DNA from: Hormiphora californensis
Taxonomy: Eukaryota > Animalia > Ctenophora
Length of the DNA: 64,000 bases
NCBI GenBank assembly: GCA_020137815.1
Contig: CM035351.1
Span: forward strand, 1,426,001 to 1,490,000
Direction: 5' to 3'
Part shown: positions 1-15,000 of the stretch, piece after piece
How the letters are laid out: every line of letters begins with the position of its first letter
Position numbering within the stretch: the stretch's first letter is position 1
Program-made: the position numbers and the translations under genes
Notes under the pieces: generated by a model
Seen by the model: the letters and a program-made list of their open reading frames with translations, nothing else
What the model was told of the DNA's origin: nothing
The model's database searches: none

Positions 1-36
1 TCTCTCCAGCTCAACTAACATGTAACATTTCTCCAG

Positions 37-3000
37 GTTGATTTCTCGCCTACTACCAAGAAACTGGCTGATATTGTGAACATGTGTGCTAAGGATCTAA
101 CCACCTGTATTTCTATTGTACCCCGTCTACCTGAGGTGCTATCTAAGAGGAAGGGAAACAGAGAGACCCTGGTAAGTAGTGGATGGTTTATACTCATATT
201 TTTGAACTAATTGTGCAAAAATTAAACTTGAAGCCCATCAAGTTCGTAGTTAGAACTAAACACTGAGGGGCATTAAAGAGAAATGTGTCAACATTGCAAT
301 ACCTGACTAACCCCTCTCTCAGCGAACTTTTAACCTACTAAGCAAGCAGGAGGTAAGCGTAATAACAGTGCAGCAAAAGTGATTCAAATTTACATCATGA
401 ACGCTCTAGAACTGATTTAACCAAATTAATTCCTGCCTTTAAAACGCACACAAATCCCATTTCTTTCTCCTTGGACCATTCAAATGCTATCCTGAATATA
501 TCCCGGGGCTTTTGATCAGCATGCCTGTGATGTGAAACATCATACACTTGACACACTTTTAACACATTTCTGTTAACATTACCTAACATTGTGCTATTAC
601 TTCTCAGCCCATCTACGCTGTGATCTCAAACGATGAGGAAACGAAGAAGTTGAAGACACAGATCAACGCGTGCATGGCAACTAACGCAGGTGGGTGCAGA
701 ATATCACCACCACCTTCCATTTTCCACCTTTACCAAGGTTTGCCTCAAACTAACTATCTTCTCCTTATTCAGGTCACCTGGTTAGCTATCTACACACCTG
801 GGACAACTGTAGGGAGCTATGGGACATCAATAAGGATGCCTTCATTCGCAGATACCAGAAACTCAAACCTCTAATGAGCAAGTTTGATGCTGATATTAGC
901 CGATACTCCGAGGTGGCGAACAATATCCAGAAAGAGGAAACTGTACAGACGATCCAGTTTGTACTGCTCGATTGTCAGCCCCTCAAGTTTGCTCTTCTCC
1001 AGGTAAACAATAAACCGCTATATTAGTTTAGACCGCAATAGCCACTACAGACAATAAACAACTGCACTAGTTTAGGCCACTCTTCAAACAGATGAATTGA
1101 TCAACTAAGTGAGATATTAGGTTGTCCAGTAAATATTTTCGTTTGGCTTTTATTGGGAAAATGGTTTGAGATAGAGCAAAATGGACTTCACCACAGTTTT
1201 TCTCACGCGATTTTGGATCGGAATATCATGCCTGATATCGGTATTTGGCTGTTCTCGGTTCCCACCAGGCTATTTACTCTACACCACTCTTGATGCTGCT
1301 GCATATGAAAAATCGCTATTTTCGAGTTTTAGCACTAAAGCTGCTGTACTTCCTAAAAATGGTACCTGAGTGATGTTTTGTTGCATCAAGCTTGTTCATT
1401 GGACAATTATCTATCGTTTAAGATGTAATAAAAGATTCTATCTTTATTTTGTCACTTAGCAATGGGCCTCCAAAAAGTTTTGGTCAAAATTAGAAACTTT
1501 CACTTCCGGGTCTCACCAGGATTGGCTCATAATCAAAAACTCTGCAGTAAAAGATAGTTCTAAGTCAGTTCTACGACGTAGTGAACCCAATTATGTGATT
1601 GGTTGACTTAAAAAGCGAGTTTTTGACGTTTTCGAACACACCCGTAAAACAGGCCAGATGTTTTTGCGCCTTTTCGATTTTTGATGTTAGATTTACTGTT
1701 CTAGTGGTTACTATCGAACGCGTAGAGACCCAAATCGCGTATACATTTTATCCTTGGACGATTTGCTATCGATTAAGCACCATTGGAGCTAAAAAGACTG
1801 TACCAGTTTTCTTAGGGAAGCGTTTAAAAAACTTTGGTGACCCCGTGCAGCGGCAACAACAGCGGGGTAGAGAAAATAGCTTGCTGGCACCCCAGAAAAA
1901 CTATATACCGATATCAGGCATGATATTCCGATCCAAAATCGCGTGAAAAAAACTGTGGTGAAGTCCAATTTGCTCTATCTCAAACCATTTTCCTAATAAA
2001 CACCAAACGAAAATATTTACTGGACAACCTAATACTAATAGCCCTCCCTGTCTCATTTCAGCACTGTAACGAATGGCAGAACAGGTTCACAACTCTACTT
2101 AGCGAGATGGCTACTAAGAAGCTAGATGAGCTCACTGAGTACCTTCAGGACAACTGTAGAAAGTACGTAATCCCCCCAACTAAGTGCTATCTAGGGCTGA
2201 TTGACAGGTCCATTGACCACTCCCTCCGCGTTCTTGTATTTCTCGTGTATCCCAATGGGTTACTAACCCGTGTTGTTTTATCCAGGTTGAGTCGCCCTCC
2301 TGAGACCCTTGAGGAACTGGGAGACAGTATTGGACTGCTAGACCAACTTAAGGGCAGCCAGAACGAGATAGAGGGGTGGTTCCATCCCCTGTACGAGCAG
2401 TTCAACATCCTCTCAAAACACGAGGTCCAAGTTGAGGAGAAGGTCCAGAAGAAGCTGGATGATCTCGGGAATGAGTGGCAGGCCTTTACCAACTGTCTCC
2501 ATGATAGTGATATCATGCTGAGAAAACACAAGGACAAGTTCAAGGCGGGTCTACTTCACTCGGCTGAGGAGTATAAGAAGAGTGTGGCCGTTCTCCTGGA
2601 TGAGTTTAACACTAAGGGACCCTTCTCTAGTGACAAGGAGGCTGATGCTGTGAGTATGGCGGCCAGGGTATTGCAATAATCTGAAGATTATAGAATATAA
2701 AATAGGTAATCCTTAACTAATTAACTAATTAATCCTTAATTAACTAATATATTTCTTGTTCTCAGGCGGTTGGAGTTGTTCACCAGATCAGAAAGTCCTC
2801 TGAGAACCTAAAGAAGCAAGAAGCAGTGATCAGGCGTGGTTTGAATATCTTCAAGATTGACCAGTCACCCAATAAGGATGTCATTACCCTTGATGAGAAC
2901 CTCCAGTCTCTGGAGACCATCTGGGAACTCTACGCACAATGGAACGAGCTGTATAATGGCTGGAAGGTTGGGATGTTCAAGAATCTTGTAACTGATGAAA

Positions 3001-6000
3001 TGGAGTTGACTGCCCAACAAATGCTGAAGAAGATTACCAAAACTGTCCGAGAAATCAAGGTAAACATTAATCTGTTCTTATTAGTTCTATTGATAGCTAT
3101 CTAAATTCAATTTCTGGTATTTTCCATTCCCCCTAAAAATACTCAATAGACATACCTTTCCGTCCATGTGACTAACCCTGAAACCCCAGTATCCCAAATA
3201 TCAGGACAAGAAGTGGGAGGTAGCTGAGAATGTGAAGAGCAGAGTGGAGCAGTTCAAGCGAACCATGCCCCTCATTCAAGATCTGAAGAATCCAGCTCTC
3301 CGGCCCCGTCATTGGGTTCAACTGAAGAACGAAGTTGGCAAAGATTTCGACCATGAAGGTACGGCTTGCTAAAATAATATGTGCTACTAGTCGACCGCGA
3401 CTGTGGACATTCTGTTGATATTCTGCAACAAAAACTAAACCTAATCCATTTCTCCAGGCGATGACTTTACATTGGAAAAGATTATTGATCTGGGATTGGA
3501 TCAGTATAGTACCAGTATCGGGGAGATATCTTCTGCAGCTAGCAAGGAGCTGAGTATCGAGCAGGCCATCACTGGTATCAAGAGCACTTGGGAAACGATG
3601 GAGCTGGACATCAGTCCTTATAAGGACAGAGGTACTGAGTTGGGGTATCTTGGTAGAAATTTAGGCCAGGGGAAGGGTCATTCTTACAAATACTTGTTTT
3701 GGCCTGGTTTTGTTTTCAAAAATCCCCTTTTATTACATTGTGTTCTAAGCTGTCACCCCAGCATCCCTAGGTCACCACAGACTCAAAGCTACGGACGAGT
3801 TGTTCCAGATGCTCGAAGATAACCAGGTCTCCCTAGCAACCATGAAGGCATCTCGTTATGTGAAGGCATTTGAGGTTGAGGTAGATCAATGGGAGAGAAC
3901 CCTCTCTAGGATCCTGGAGGTTATCGAGTTGATCCTAACAGTCCAGAGACAGTGGATGTATCTGGAGAACATCTTCCTGGGTGAGGACATCAGGAAACAG
4001 TTGCCCAGAGAGAGCGCTGAGTTTGATGATGTTAATCACAACTGGAAGAACATCATGGATGGTCTTAGTAAGGATAACAATGCTCTGAGGGGAACACACG
4101 GACCGAGTAAGTAGTTGTTGTGTGTTTTAACCGGCCAGGGGCATAGGTAGAGATGGTAGAGTAAGGCTCTAGAGTGTGTCATCTATAATAGTGCTGCAGC
4201 AAGTAACAACTATCACCCCCCCCCCCCCAGATATGCTGGAAAGACTGAACAATATGAACTGTAAGCTGGAAGACATCCAGAAGTCTCTTGACATGTACCT
4301 CGAGACCAAGAGGCAGATCTTCCCCCGGTTCTATTTCTTGTCCAATGATGATCTGTTGGAGATTCTTGGGCAGTCTAGGAACCCCACCGCAGTGCAGCCT
4401 CATCTTAAGAAGTGCTTCGATAACATTGTCATGTTGCAGATGGAGAAGGTAAGTTGTCAATATGTGATGGTAGTGGCAAAAAAAGATCAATTTACGACAA
4501 AAGATGGGTCCACCTAAAGGGTATAGCTGCAAAGTATTACTAGTTTTTCAAACACGCCCACTCTTCCACAGATTGGTGTTGACTCTAAGGGTAAGATGGA
4601 GGCAGTTGCTATGTTCTCAGCGGACGGAGAAAAGGTGGATTTCCACACCCAGGTCCCACTGGAGGCTCCAGTCGAGGTTCGTGTCCTAGTTTTAGCTCTC
4701 TATCAGATAGTCACTAGTCCTGTATTGTTAGCTCTCTTTCTAGCTGAATCTCATGATCTGTTGAATTAACATCTACCTACTTTCAGTCCTGGTTGTGTGA
4801 TATTGAAGATACGATGAGGGTTACTCTACGACAACAGTTGAAACTCTGCCGATTTGCACTCAAGAAAGCTGGCACCAAGAGAGACAAATGGACTAAGGAA
4901 TGGCCTGGTCAGCTGCTGATCACCACATCTCAAATCCAGTGGACTCAGGACTGTACCAAGGCCCTCAACCTAATCAAGGATCGGGGTGACAAGAAGAGCC
5001 TCAAGTCTATCAAAAAGAAGCAGGTTTCAATGCTGGCTAAATTCTCTGATGCGATCCGGGGTAACCTGACGGCCATTCAGCGAGCCAAGATTGTAGCACT
5101 CGTTACCATTGAGGTGCATGCTCGTGACGTCATTGATAAGCTGATAAAGAGCAGTTGTAATGACGTCATGGGTTTCGAATGGTTGTCCCAACTCAGATTC
5201 TACTGGGACAAAGATCCTGATGATTGCATTGTACAGCAGACTAATACCCAGTTCCGGTATGGGTATGAGTATCTGGGAAACAGTGGTCGTCTGGTTATTA
5301 CACCCCTCACTGACCGGTGTTACATGACTCTCACCACTGCGCTACATCTGCACCGAGGTGGCAGTCCCAAGGGGCCCGCGGGAACTGGCAAGACCGAGAC
5401 GGTGAAGGATTTGGGTAAAGCCCTGGGTGATTACGTTATTGTGGTGAATTGTTCTGAGGGTCTTGATTTTAAGAGCATGGGAAGGATGTTCAGTGGTCTG
5501 GCCCAGACTGGTGCTTGGGGATGCTTCGATGAGTTCAACCGGTTAGTGATGAAATCTTTCTCTCTTGATACTTTAAGATAGCTCTCTTTATCCTTTTAGA
5601 TATCCTAACTGTTTCCTAATTAGTAATTAGTAGGTAGTTACTCCTACTATCCTAGCTGTTCCCTAATTAGTAATTAATAGGTAGTTACTCATCATCCCAT
5701 AATGCCCCATTAACCTCCCTCCCTCCCTCTCTCAGAATCAACATTGAAGTACTGTCTGTGGTAGCACAGCAGATCCTATCCATTCTGTCAGCCCTAGCAG
5801 CTGGATATAACAGATTCGTGTTTGAGTGTCGGGAGATCAACCTTGTCTGGTCCTGTGGTATATTCATTACTATGAACCCCGGTTATGCAGGCAGGACTGA
5901 GCTACCTGACAATTTGAAGAGCATGTTCCGACCTATTTCCATGGTCGTCCCTGATTCTTGTCTTATCTCTGAAATTATCTTGTTTGGCGAAGGATTCAAT

Positions 6001-9000
6001 AATACCAAGGTACGGGGGACTGTTGGGTATAGTCGTAACATAGCCGAAATGTAGCCTGCTTTGCCAGACTTGAAGGGTCAGCTTCATGGTGAAATATGCA
6101 GCTAAAAACAGCCACAGCTGTCTCCATACAAACTTTGTTTTTAACCCAATCCCCTCTCTCCACCAGATTCTGGCTAAAAAGGTGTTCACCCTCTACTCCC
6201 TGGCTGTACAGCAGCTCTCACAACAGGAACACTACGACTTCGGTCTCAGGGCTCTGGTCTCCGTGCTCAAATATGCTGGCAGAAAGAAGCGACTCTTAAC
6301 TGAATATCCAGATGAGGAAATCTTGCTACTGGCTATGAAAGACATGAACGTTGCTAAGCTGACCTCCGACGATTTGCCACTTTTCAATGGAATTATACAG
6401 GATCTCTTCCCGGGTGTTGAGGTTCCAGTTTTGAACTATGGAGAGCTCCAAGTTGCTATTGAGAACCAGCTTGATACTGATAATCTGCAGAAGGTCCCTA
6501 TTATCATCACCAAGATTATCCAGTTGTTTGAGACAAAGAACTCTCGTCACTCCGTGATGATCGTTGGAAATACTGGTAAGCAAGCTGTTGAGCGACTCAG
6601 CAGGGGGTCCTCCATATTGTATGTAGCGCGCGATGCAGATTTAGTAGAGGCAGGAGTGTGAGTTATGGCGCGCATATCTACCGTTTCCATAGCAGCAGCT
6701 ACTGCTGGAGCAGTTCTCACAGCAACAAGCTGCAGCTAGTCCCACAACAATCTCTCACACTGTCCCTCTCCCTCACTGTCCCTCTCTCTCACACACTGTC
6801 CCTCTCTCTCTCTCTTAGGCTCCGGTAAATCGATTGTCTGGAAGACGCTCAAGAATGCCCTCACTGCCTTGTGGAAGAATGACGCCTCTGAGCCGAGGAG
6901 TAATGCCCGGGAGTATCCAATTAATCCCAAAGCACTCTCCCTGGGAGAGCTATATGGAGAGTTCGATCTCAAGTATGTAGATATGATTAGTAACCGAATA
7001 TTTGGCGCCTGATCCCTGTTGAGTAATGGGTAGTTGTAGACAAATACACCCAAATCTTAAACCTTCACTTTTCTCCAGTACGAACGAGTGGACAGATGGT
7101 GTGCTGAGTGCTGTGATGAGGAAGACCTGCTCTGAAGAGGGTCTAGATGAGAAGTGGATCTTGTTCGATGGTCCTGTAGACACCCTCTGGATCGAATCAA
7201 TGAACTCTGTGATGGACTGATAACAAGGTGTTGACCCTGATTAATGGAGAGCGAATCAGCATGCCTACCCCGGTATCCCTGCTGTTTGAGGTTGGAGATC
7301 TCTCTGTAGCCTCCCCTGCCACTGTGTCCCGGTGTGGTATGGTATTCATGGACAGTGGAGATCTGGGATGGCAGCCTTATGTGGATAGTTGGTTGACCAA
7401 ACACAAGGATGCCCAAACAAAGGCAAACCTCAAGTAAGCTAGAACTCGGGGGTGAACAAGCTTTGTGGTAGAACGAGATCTATCTGATGGCAACAGATCC
7501 CATTTTCGTCGGCTATGCCAGACAGGATAAGATGGAAGATCTGAGTGGCATCTAACATTAAATACTAACATACCGATTTCTTCAGACGGATGTTTGGGAA
7601 GTACGTTGTTCCACTGTTGGAGTTCAGAACTAAGAACTGTGAACAGATTGTTAAGACATGCCCCCTGAACAGTGTTAAGAACCTGTGTGTGCTATATGAC
7701 TGTGTGGCTACCATCGAGAACGGGGTGAGTAGAAACACTGTTAAAATGAGAATGGGGTGAGTAGAAACACTGTTATAGAACACGTCTTGTTATGTTCCCT
7801 CCTTTACAAACGGGGTATAGTAAAGCATATTATAGAGCCAATAATTGCTAATCCTGGCACATTACCAAGTTTATCCTATAACTCCGATCCCTAATCCCAG
7901 GTCCTTATCTACCCGAGTTAATCCCCCGTTAACCATCTCTGTTTCCTAGGTGAACCCGAAGGACGAGGAGAACCACCAGAGAATGGTTGAACTGTGGTTC
8001 CTATTCTCCACCATCTGGTCTATCTGCTGTACTGTTACTGGAGACAGCAGGAAGGTTATGGACAACTACCTCCGAGAGTTAGAGAGCTCATTCCCCAGCA
8101 AGGATACTATTTATGAGTATTACGTTGATGTGAAACAGAAATCATGGGGTCTTTGGGAGGACAAACTTCGTGCCGGGTAAGTTCCTTTTCAGTTCCTTGC
8201 ACTTATATCACTTGAATCTGTAGAATGAATTGGTTTGATAAAGTGAGGTACTCTCTAACTCTACCCCCTCTCTAGATCTACCTCTCTCTAACTCGACCCC
8301 CTTTCTCCCACAGGTGGCGTTACAACCCCGCGTTGCCATTCTACAAGATAGTAGTACCAACAGTAGACACAGTTCGGTACGAGTTTATCACCCAGGCCCT
8401 GATTAGCGGGGGAGCTCCAGTTCTCCTAGTTGGACCCGTTGGTACCGGCAAGACCTCCGTGGCACAGGCTGTGCTGGCGAAGGCTAGCACAAAACAGTAT
8501 GGCAAGCTGGTTGTGAACATGAGCGCCCAGACGACATCTAACAACGTCCAGGACATTATTGAGAGTAGGGTGGAGAAGAGGACTAAGGGTGTCTATGTTC
8601 CTATCGGAGGAAAGAAGCTCCTCACAGTGCTGGATGACTTCAACATGCCTGCCAAGGATCTCTTCTTCTCCCAGCCACCCTTGGAGCTCCTCCGACAATG
8701 GATTGACTATTCCTTCTGGTATGACAGGCAGCGCCAGACAGTCAAAGAGATCAGGGACATGCAGCTGATTGCAGCAATGGGACCCCCTGGTGGTGGCAGA
8801 CAGAGCATCTCTGAACGGCTCCTCTCTAGATTCCATTTGATCAACATGGCCTTCCCTAATGAGACCCAGATCCAGAGGATATTCGGTACAATGATAAACC
8901 AGAAACTCCAGGACTTTGAGGAGGACGTGAAACCGGTTGGAAACATGATCACCCAGGCAACGATTGATCTGTATAACACTATCGTGGGAACCATGTTGCC

Positions 9001-12000
9001 GACCCCCACCAAGATCCACTACTTGTTCAACCTCCGGGATATCTCCAAGATATACCAGGGTCTACTCCGGGCACACAAGGACTACCATGACACCCGACAA
9101 AGCATGATCCGACTGTGGATTCACGAGTGCTTCAGGGTATTCTCTGACAGGTTCCTGGATATGAACGATATGGAGGCGTTCAGGGGTATAATTGGAGACA
9201 AACTTGGAACCGTATTTGATACCTCGTTCAATGCTATCTGCCCTAATAAGATCTCCCCTATATTTGGGGATTTCATGAGAGGTGAGGCAGGGGGTGTGTA
9301 TGAGGATATCACTGATATAAACGCTCTGAAGCAGTACATGGAGACCACTCTTGAGGATTACAACATGGAGCCTGGTGTTATTTCAATGGACCTCGTCCTG
9401 TTTAGGGATGCCATGGAACATGTTTGTAGGATAGTCAGAGTTATTGGACAGCCTAGAGGTAACATGCTGCTTGTTGGTGTGGGAGGTAGTGGCAGACAGA
9501 GTCTTAGCAAGGTGGCTGCCTATATCTGTAGGTTCAATGTGTTCCAGATAGAGGTGGCTCGAAACTACCGATCCCAGGAATTCAGAGAGGACCTCAGATC
9601 ACTTTACTGGATGGCAGGAGTGGAGAACAAACCCACTGTGTTCCTGTTTAATGACACCCAGGTCGTATCTGAGGACTTCCTGGAGGATATCAACAATATC
9701 CTCTCCTCTGGTGAGGTACCCAACATGTATGCAGAGGAGTTCGATGAGGTCAAGGAGGCTCTTAGTGAGGATGCCAGAAAGGAAGGAATCCAGGATAGCA
9801 CTGATACAATGTTTGCATACTTTATAGAGCGGGTCAGGAGTAATCTTCATGTGATCCTGTGTATGTCACCTGTGGGAGATCCCTTCAGAAACAGAATCCG
9901 ACAGTACCCTGCCTTTGTAAACTGTACCACAATCGACTGGTTTACCGAGTGGCCGAGAGACGCTCTACTGGAGGTGGCGGAGAGGTATCTTGAGAAGATC
10001 GATCTTGATCCCTCGGTAACAGAGCCAGCTAAAAAGGAGACCTTGATGAAGAACTGTGCTAGCATGTTTGTCATGTTCCATCAGACCGTGGTGGATAGCA
10101 GTGAGAAAATGTTGTTGGAGATGAAGCGACACAACTATGTAACCCCCACCAACTACCTAGAACTTGTGACTGGGTACATTGACATGCTGTTAGAGAAGAG
10201 GACGGAGTTGGGTGATGCGGCTAAGAAACTCCGGAATGGCCTCTTTAAGATTGATGATACCCGTGCCAAGGTTGAGGTAATGAGTGTGGAGCTGGAGGAG
10301 AGTAAAACGAAGGTGTTGCAGTTCCAGAAGGAGTGTGAGGAGTATCTAGTGGTCATTGTTCAGCAGAAGAGGGAGGCTGATGAGCAGCAGAAGGCAGTGA
10401 AGGCCCGTAGCGCTAAGATAGGAGAGGAAGAGGTGAAGTGTAGGGGGATTGCTGATGCTGCCCAGGCGGATCTGGAGGAGGCCATGCCCTTCCTAGAGGC
10501 AGCCATCCAGGCACTGAACTCTCTAAACAAGAAGGATATCACTGAGATTAGGAGCTACAACAAGGCACCAACCCTGGTATTGGATGTTATGGAGGCTGTT
10601 ATGATCCTGAAGGGGGCCGACCCGAGCTGGGCTGAAGCCAAGAAACAACTGGGTGATCCTAACTTTATCCGAACTCTGGTTGAGTATGACAAGGATAACA
10701 TGAGTGACAGGGTTCTGAAGAAGATTGGAAGCTATGTCAGTAAGAGTGATTTCACCCCAGAGGCTGTTGGAAAGGTGTCATTTGCCGCTAAATCATTGTG
10801 CATGTGGGTGTGTGCTATGGAAGTGTACGGTCGAGTGTACCGAGTCATTGAGCCCAAGAGGAAGAAGCTAGCCGAGGCGAGTAAGCAGCTAAAGGAGAAA
10901 CAGGACTCACTTCAAGAGGCTAGAGACAAGCTCCAGGAGGTTACTGAGAGGATGGAGACCCTGAAAAAGCAGTACGATGAGAAGCTGAGGATTAAGGAAG
11001 AGCTGCGAAAGAGTTCTGAACTAACCCAGCTGAGACTTGAGAGGGCCGGTAAACTGTTGTCTGGTCTTGCCGGAGAGAAGATAAGATGGGAGGAGAGTGC
11101 TACAAATATCGAGACCAATATTGGGTATCTGGTAGGAGATTGTCTAGTGGCTGCTGCCTTCACCTCCTATATGGGTCCCTTCCTATCTGACTACAGAGAG
11201 AACTTGGTGCAGAGAGTATGGCTGCCTGATATTAGGAAACTAGCTATCCCTTGTAACCCTGACTTCACTGTTAGCAACTTCCTTGCAAAACCAACTGATG
11301 TGAGGGATTGGAATATCAGGGGTCTACCATCTGACAATTTCTCCACAGAGAACGGAATCATTGTAACAAGAGGACTCCGGTGGCCGCTCATGATAGATCC
11401 CCAGTGCCAGGCCATCAAATGGATCAAGAATATGGAAAAGGGTAAACTGAAGACAATCGATCTCCAACAACACGACTTCCTGAGGACTCTTGAGAACTCT
11501 ATCCAGTTTGGAACACCTGTCCTGCTGCAGAATGTACAGGAGACCCTGGACCCATCCCTAGCTCCTGTTCTTGACAAAGCAGTTATCAAACAGGGTGGTC
11601 GCCTTCTAATTAGAATTGGAGATAAGGAGATCGATTACAATCCTGAGTTCAAGTTCTATATCACGACTCGGCTGTCCAACCCCCACTACACCCCAGAGAT
11701 TGCAACCAAGACTACCATTGTCAACTTTGCTGTGAAAGAGGTCGGTCTGGAGGCTCAGTTACTGGCCATTGTGGTCAGGAAGGAACGGCCGGATCTGGAG
11801 GAGCAGAAGGATAACTTGGTGTTGAATATTGCTGCTGGAAAGAGGAAGTTAGTTGAGCTAGAGGATGAGATCTTGAGGTTGTTGAACGCTGCTGAGGGCT
11901 CCCTTCTAGATGATGAGGTGCTGGTTGAGACGCTCCAAACCTCAAAACATACCTCACTTGAAATCAGTGAGAAGTTGGAGGTTGCTGAAGAGACAGAACA

Positions 12001-15000
12001 CCAGATCGATGCTGCTCGAGAGGGCTACCGACCTTGTGCACAGAGAGCCTCAATTCTCTTCTTTGTGCTGAATGACATGGGTAGGATAGACCCTATGTAC
12101 CAGTTCTCTCTTGATGCTTATAATCAACTATTCAACCAGAGTATTGACAAGTCTACCCACCACGCTAAACTCGAGGACAGAATCCTGGCACTGAACGATT
12201 ACCACACATACGCAGTGTATAAGTTCACCTGCCGGGCTCTGTTCGAGCACCACAAGCTGCTATTCTCCTTCCAGACGTGTGCCAAAATCATGGAGGCAGC
12301 GGGTAAACTGGACATGGAGGAATACACATTCTTCCTGAAGGGTGGGGTGGTGTTGGACAGAGAGACACAGATGGATAACCCTTGTAGGTGGTTAGATGAC
12401 GCTGCTTGGGATAACATCACCGAGCTAGACAAGCTAACCAACTTCCACGGGATAGCCAACTCCTTTGAGCAGTATGCTAGGGACTGGAATATCTGGTATA
12501 CAAGTTCAGATCCTGAGGAGGCCATGCTACCCGGGGAGTGGGGGAATAGTTGTAACGAGCTACAGAGGATGTTGATTGTAAGATCGCTGAGGAAGGATAG
12601 AGTAGCGTTCTGTGCAACATCCTTTATCATCAACAATCTGGGCCCTAAGTTTGTGGAACCCCCTGTGTTGGACATGACTGCTGTGGTAGAGGATTCCAAC
12701 TGCAGAACACCCCTTATCTTCGTGCTGTCCAGTGGAGTGGATCCCACCAGTGGTTTGGTTCAGTTGGCCGATGAAGTTGGTATGAAGAACAGGTTCAGTG
12801 CTTTGTCCCTGGGTCAGGGCCAGGCTCCATTAGCCACTAAACTCATCAAGGAGGGAGTGAAGGAGGGTAACTGGGTGTACTTGGCAAATTGCCATCTCTC
12901 ACTGAGTTGGATGCCCCATCTTGACAAACTAGTTGAACAGCTCCAGTCGGAGGAGCCCCATCCTGACTTCAGGCTGTGGTTGAGTAGTAACCCCACCAAA
13001 GGATTCCCTATCTCCATCCTACAAGCCGGACTGAAGATGACTACTGAACCACCTAAGGGCCTAAAGGCTAACATGAAACGTCTCTACGGGTTGGTATCTG
13101 AGAAGACGTTCAGCAGATGCAAGAAGCCTGAGAAATACAAGAAGCTGCTGTTTACCCTCTGCTTCTTCCACTCTGTCCTGATTGAGAGGAGGAAGTTCCT
13201 TCAGCTGGGGTGGAACATTCCTTACGACTTCAACGACTCTGACTTTGAGGTAATATACCAGTTCCAAACATCCGTTATTTTACCACATTTCCATAATTCA
13301 TTGATATTTATCCAGTGATACTGTGATAGAACGATATTTAACACAATCCAATAACACCATCCCCCTCTCTGCTAGGTGTCTGAGAACCTGTTGAACATGT
13401 ATCTAGACGAGTACGAGGAGACACCATGGGACGCCCTGAAGTACCTCATTGCTGGGGTGAACTATGGTGGTCACGTGACTGATGATCTGGATCGGAGACT
13501 CCTACACACTTATATCAACGATTACTTTAACGAGGATGTACTAAACACCGCCTTCTATAAACTATCGTCCCTAAACGATGTTTACTATGTACCAAAAGAC
13601 GGTTAGTTTGATAATGTACCATGATTACACCATCTTCTATCCCACTTTACCCCTCTAAATTACTAAGATTTACTATCCTACATTAGTCATTACTAACCCA
13701 CCTTACCCACTTTAATTAACCACTCTATCTCTCTTCCCCGCTCCTCTAACACAACACCCCACATGCAGGTCCCTACCAGCATTACAAGGATTACATCTCC
13801 CTCCTTCCCAACGTGGATCACCCTGCTGCCTTTGGACAGCACTCCAACGCCGACATCACCTCCCAAATCAAGGAGACCCATATCCTGTTCGATACTCTGC
13901 TCTCTCTGCAGCCCCAGGTGTCCAATATCGAGGGAGAGAGCACGGAGAGTAAGGTGATGGGACTGGCACAGGATGTTAGGGAACATCTTCCTGAACTGAT
14001 TGACTATAATAACACTCTCAGGTAGGGGACGTAATGAATCTAGTAGGGGGGGGGGGGGACGTAATGAATATATGGGATCTTGTTGAGTATCCCCTCACAG
14101 TTCACAAAACACATCTGAATAGTGAAGATTAGTTTCAAAATCTGCACTGGTTGGTGTTCCACTGTCTGGCGGTGCCAGACCCCGATTTGATTCTGACAGT
14201 GCGCTCAGATGGGGTCGGTGGTCAGACACTCATACAGGTGTTTCATAATCATATTTTACATTTTCTCCCTCCCTTTTCAGTGTTCTAGCAGAAGATCGTC
14301 ACAGCCCCATGGGCGTTGTCTTGCTACAGGAGATACTGCGTTACAACAACCTGATCAAGAACATATCCCGATCTCTGACCGATCTCGAGAAGGGTATCAA
14401 GGGTCTGGTGGTCATGTCTGAGGATCTTGAGGAGATATTCAGGTGCATCAATGAGGCGAGAGTACCCGCAATGTGGTCCAAGACTTATCCCTCTATGAAA
14501 CCTCTTGGATCGTGGACAAGAGACTTGGTTCAACGTGTTGATCAGTTCTTCAAGTGGGCCCAGACTGGCACCATGCCTCTACTCTTCTACCTGTCCTACT
14601 TTACCTTCCCTACTGGGTTCCTTACTGCAGTCCTACAGACATCAGCCAGAGCTAACAGTATCTCAGTGGATTCACTGTCCTGGGAGTTCATTGTTCAGGT
14701 GAGAGAGACACTTGATCTGTCAGAGTATTGGCCTGGCCCTATTGTCATTTCTTTCAGCGGTCAGAGCATTGGCCTAACAGCAATTGATGGGTAGAAAGAT
14801 ACCAGCTTCCAGAATTTTAACACCACTCTGTTAATACCGATCTTTAACCCTCTCCCTCCACTAGATATTGGATGATGTCAACATTACTGGACAGCCCAAG
14901 GACGGAGTTTACATTAAGGGCATGTTCCTGGAGGGTGCAGGATGGGACAAGAAGAACTGCTGTCTGGTGGAGGCTAACGCCATGCAGCTTGTCTGTGAGA

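Noticed and set aside
6684-6697. RFX X-box-like GTTTCCATAGCAGC in a dynein intron (similar motif at about 17620)
   Set aside because: Imperfect match, far from any promoter, and expected by chance.
8341-13267. Antisense ORFs within the large dynein exon and within the LINE ORFs
   Set aside because: Expected shadow ORFs of long coding sequence, with no motifs.
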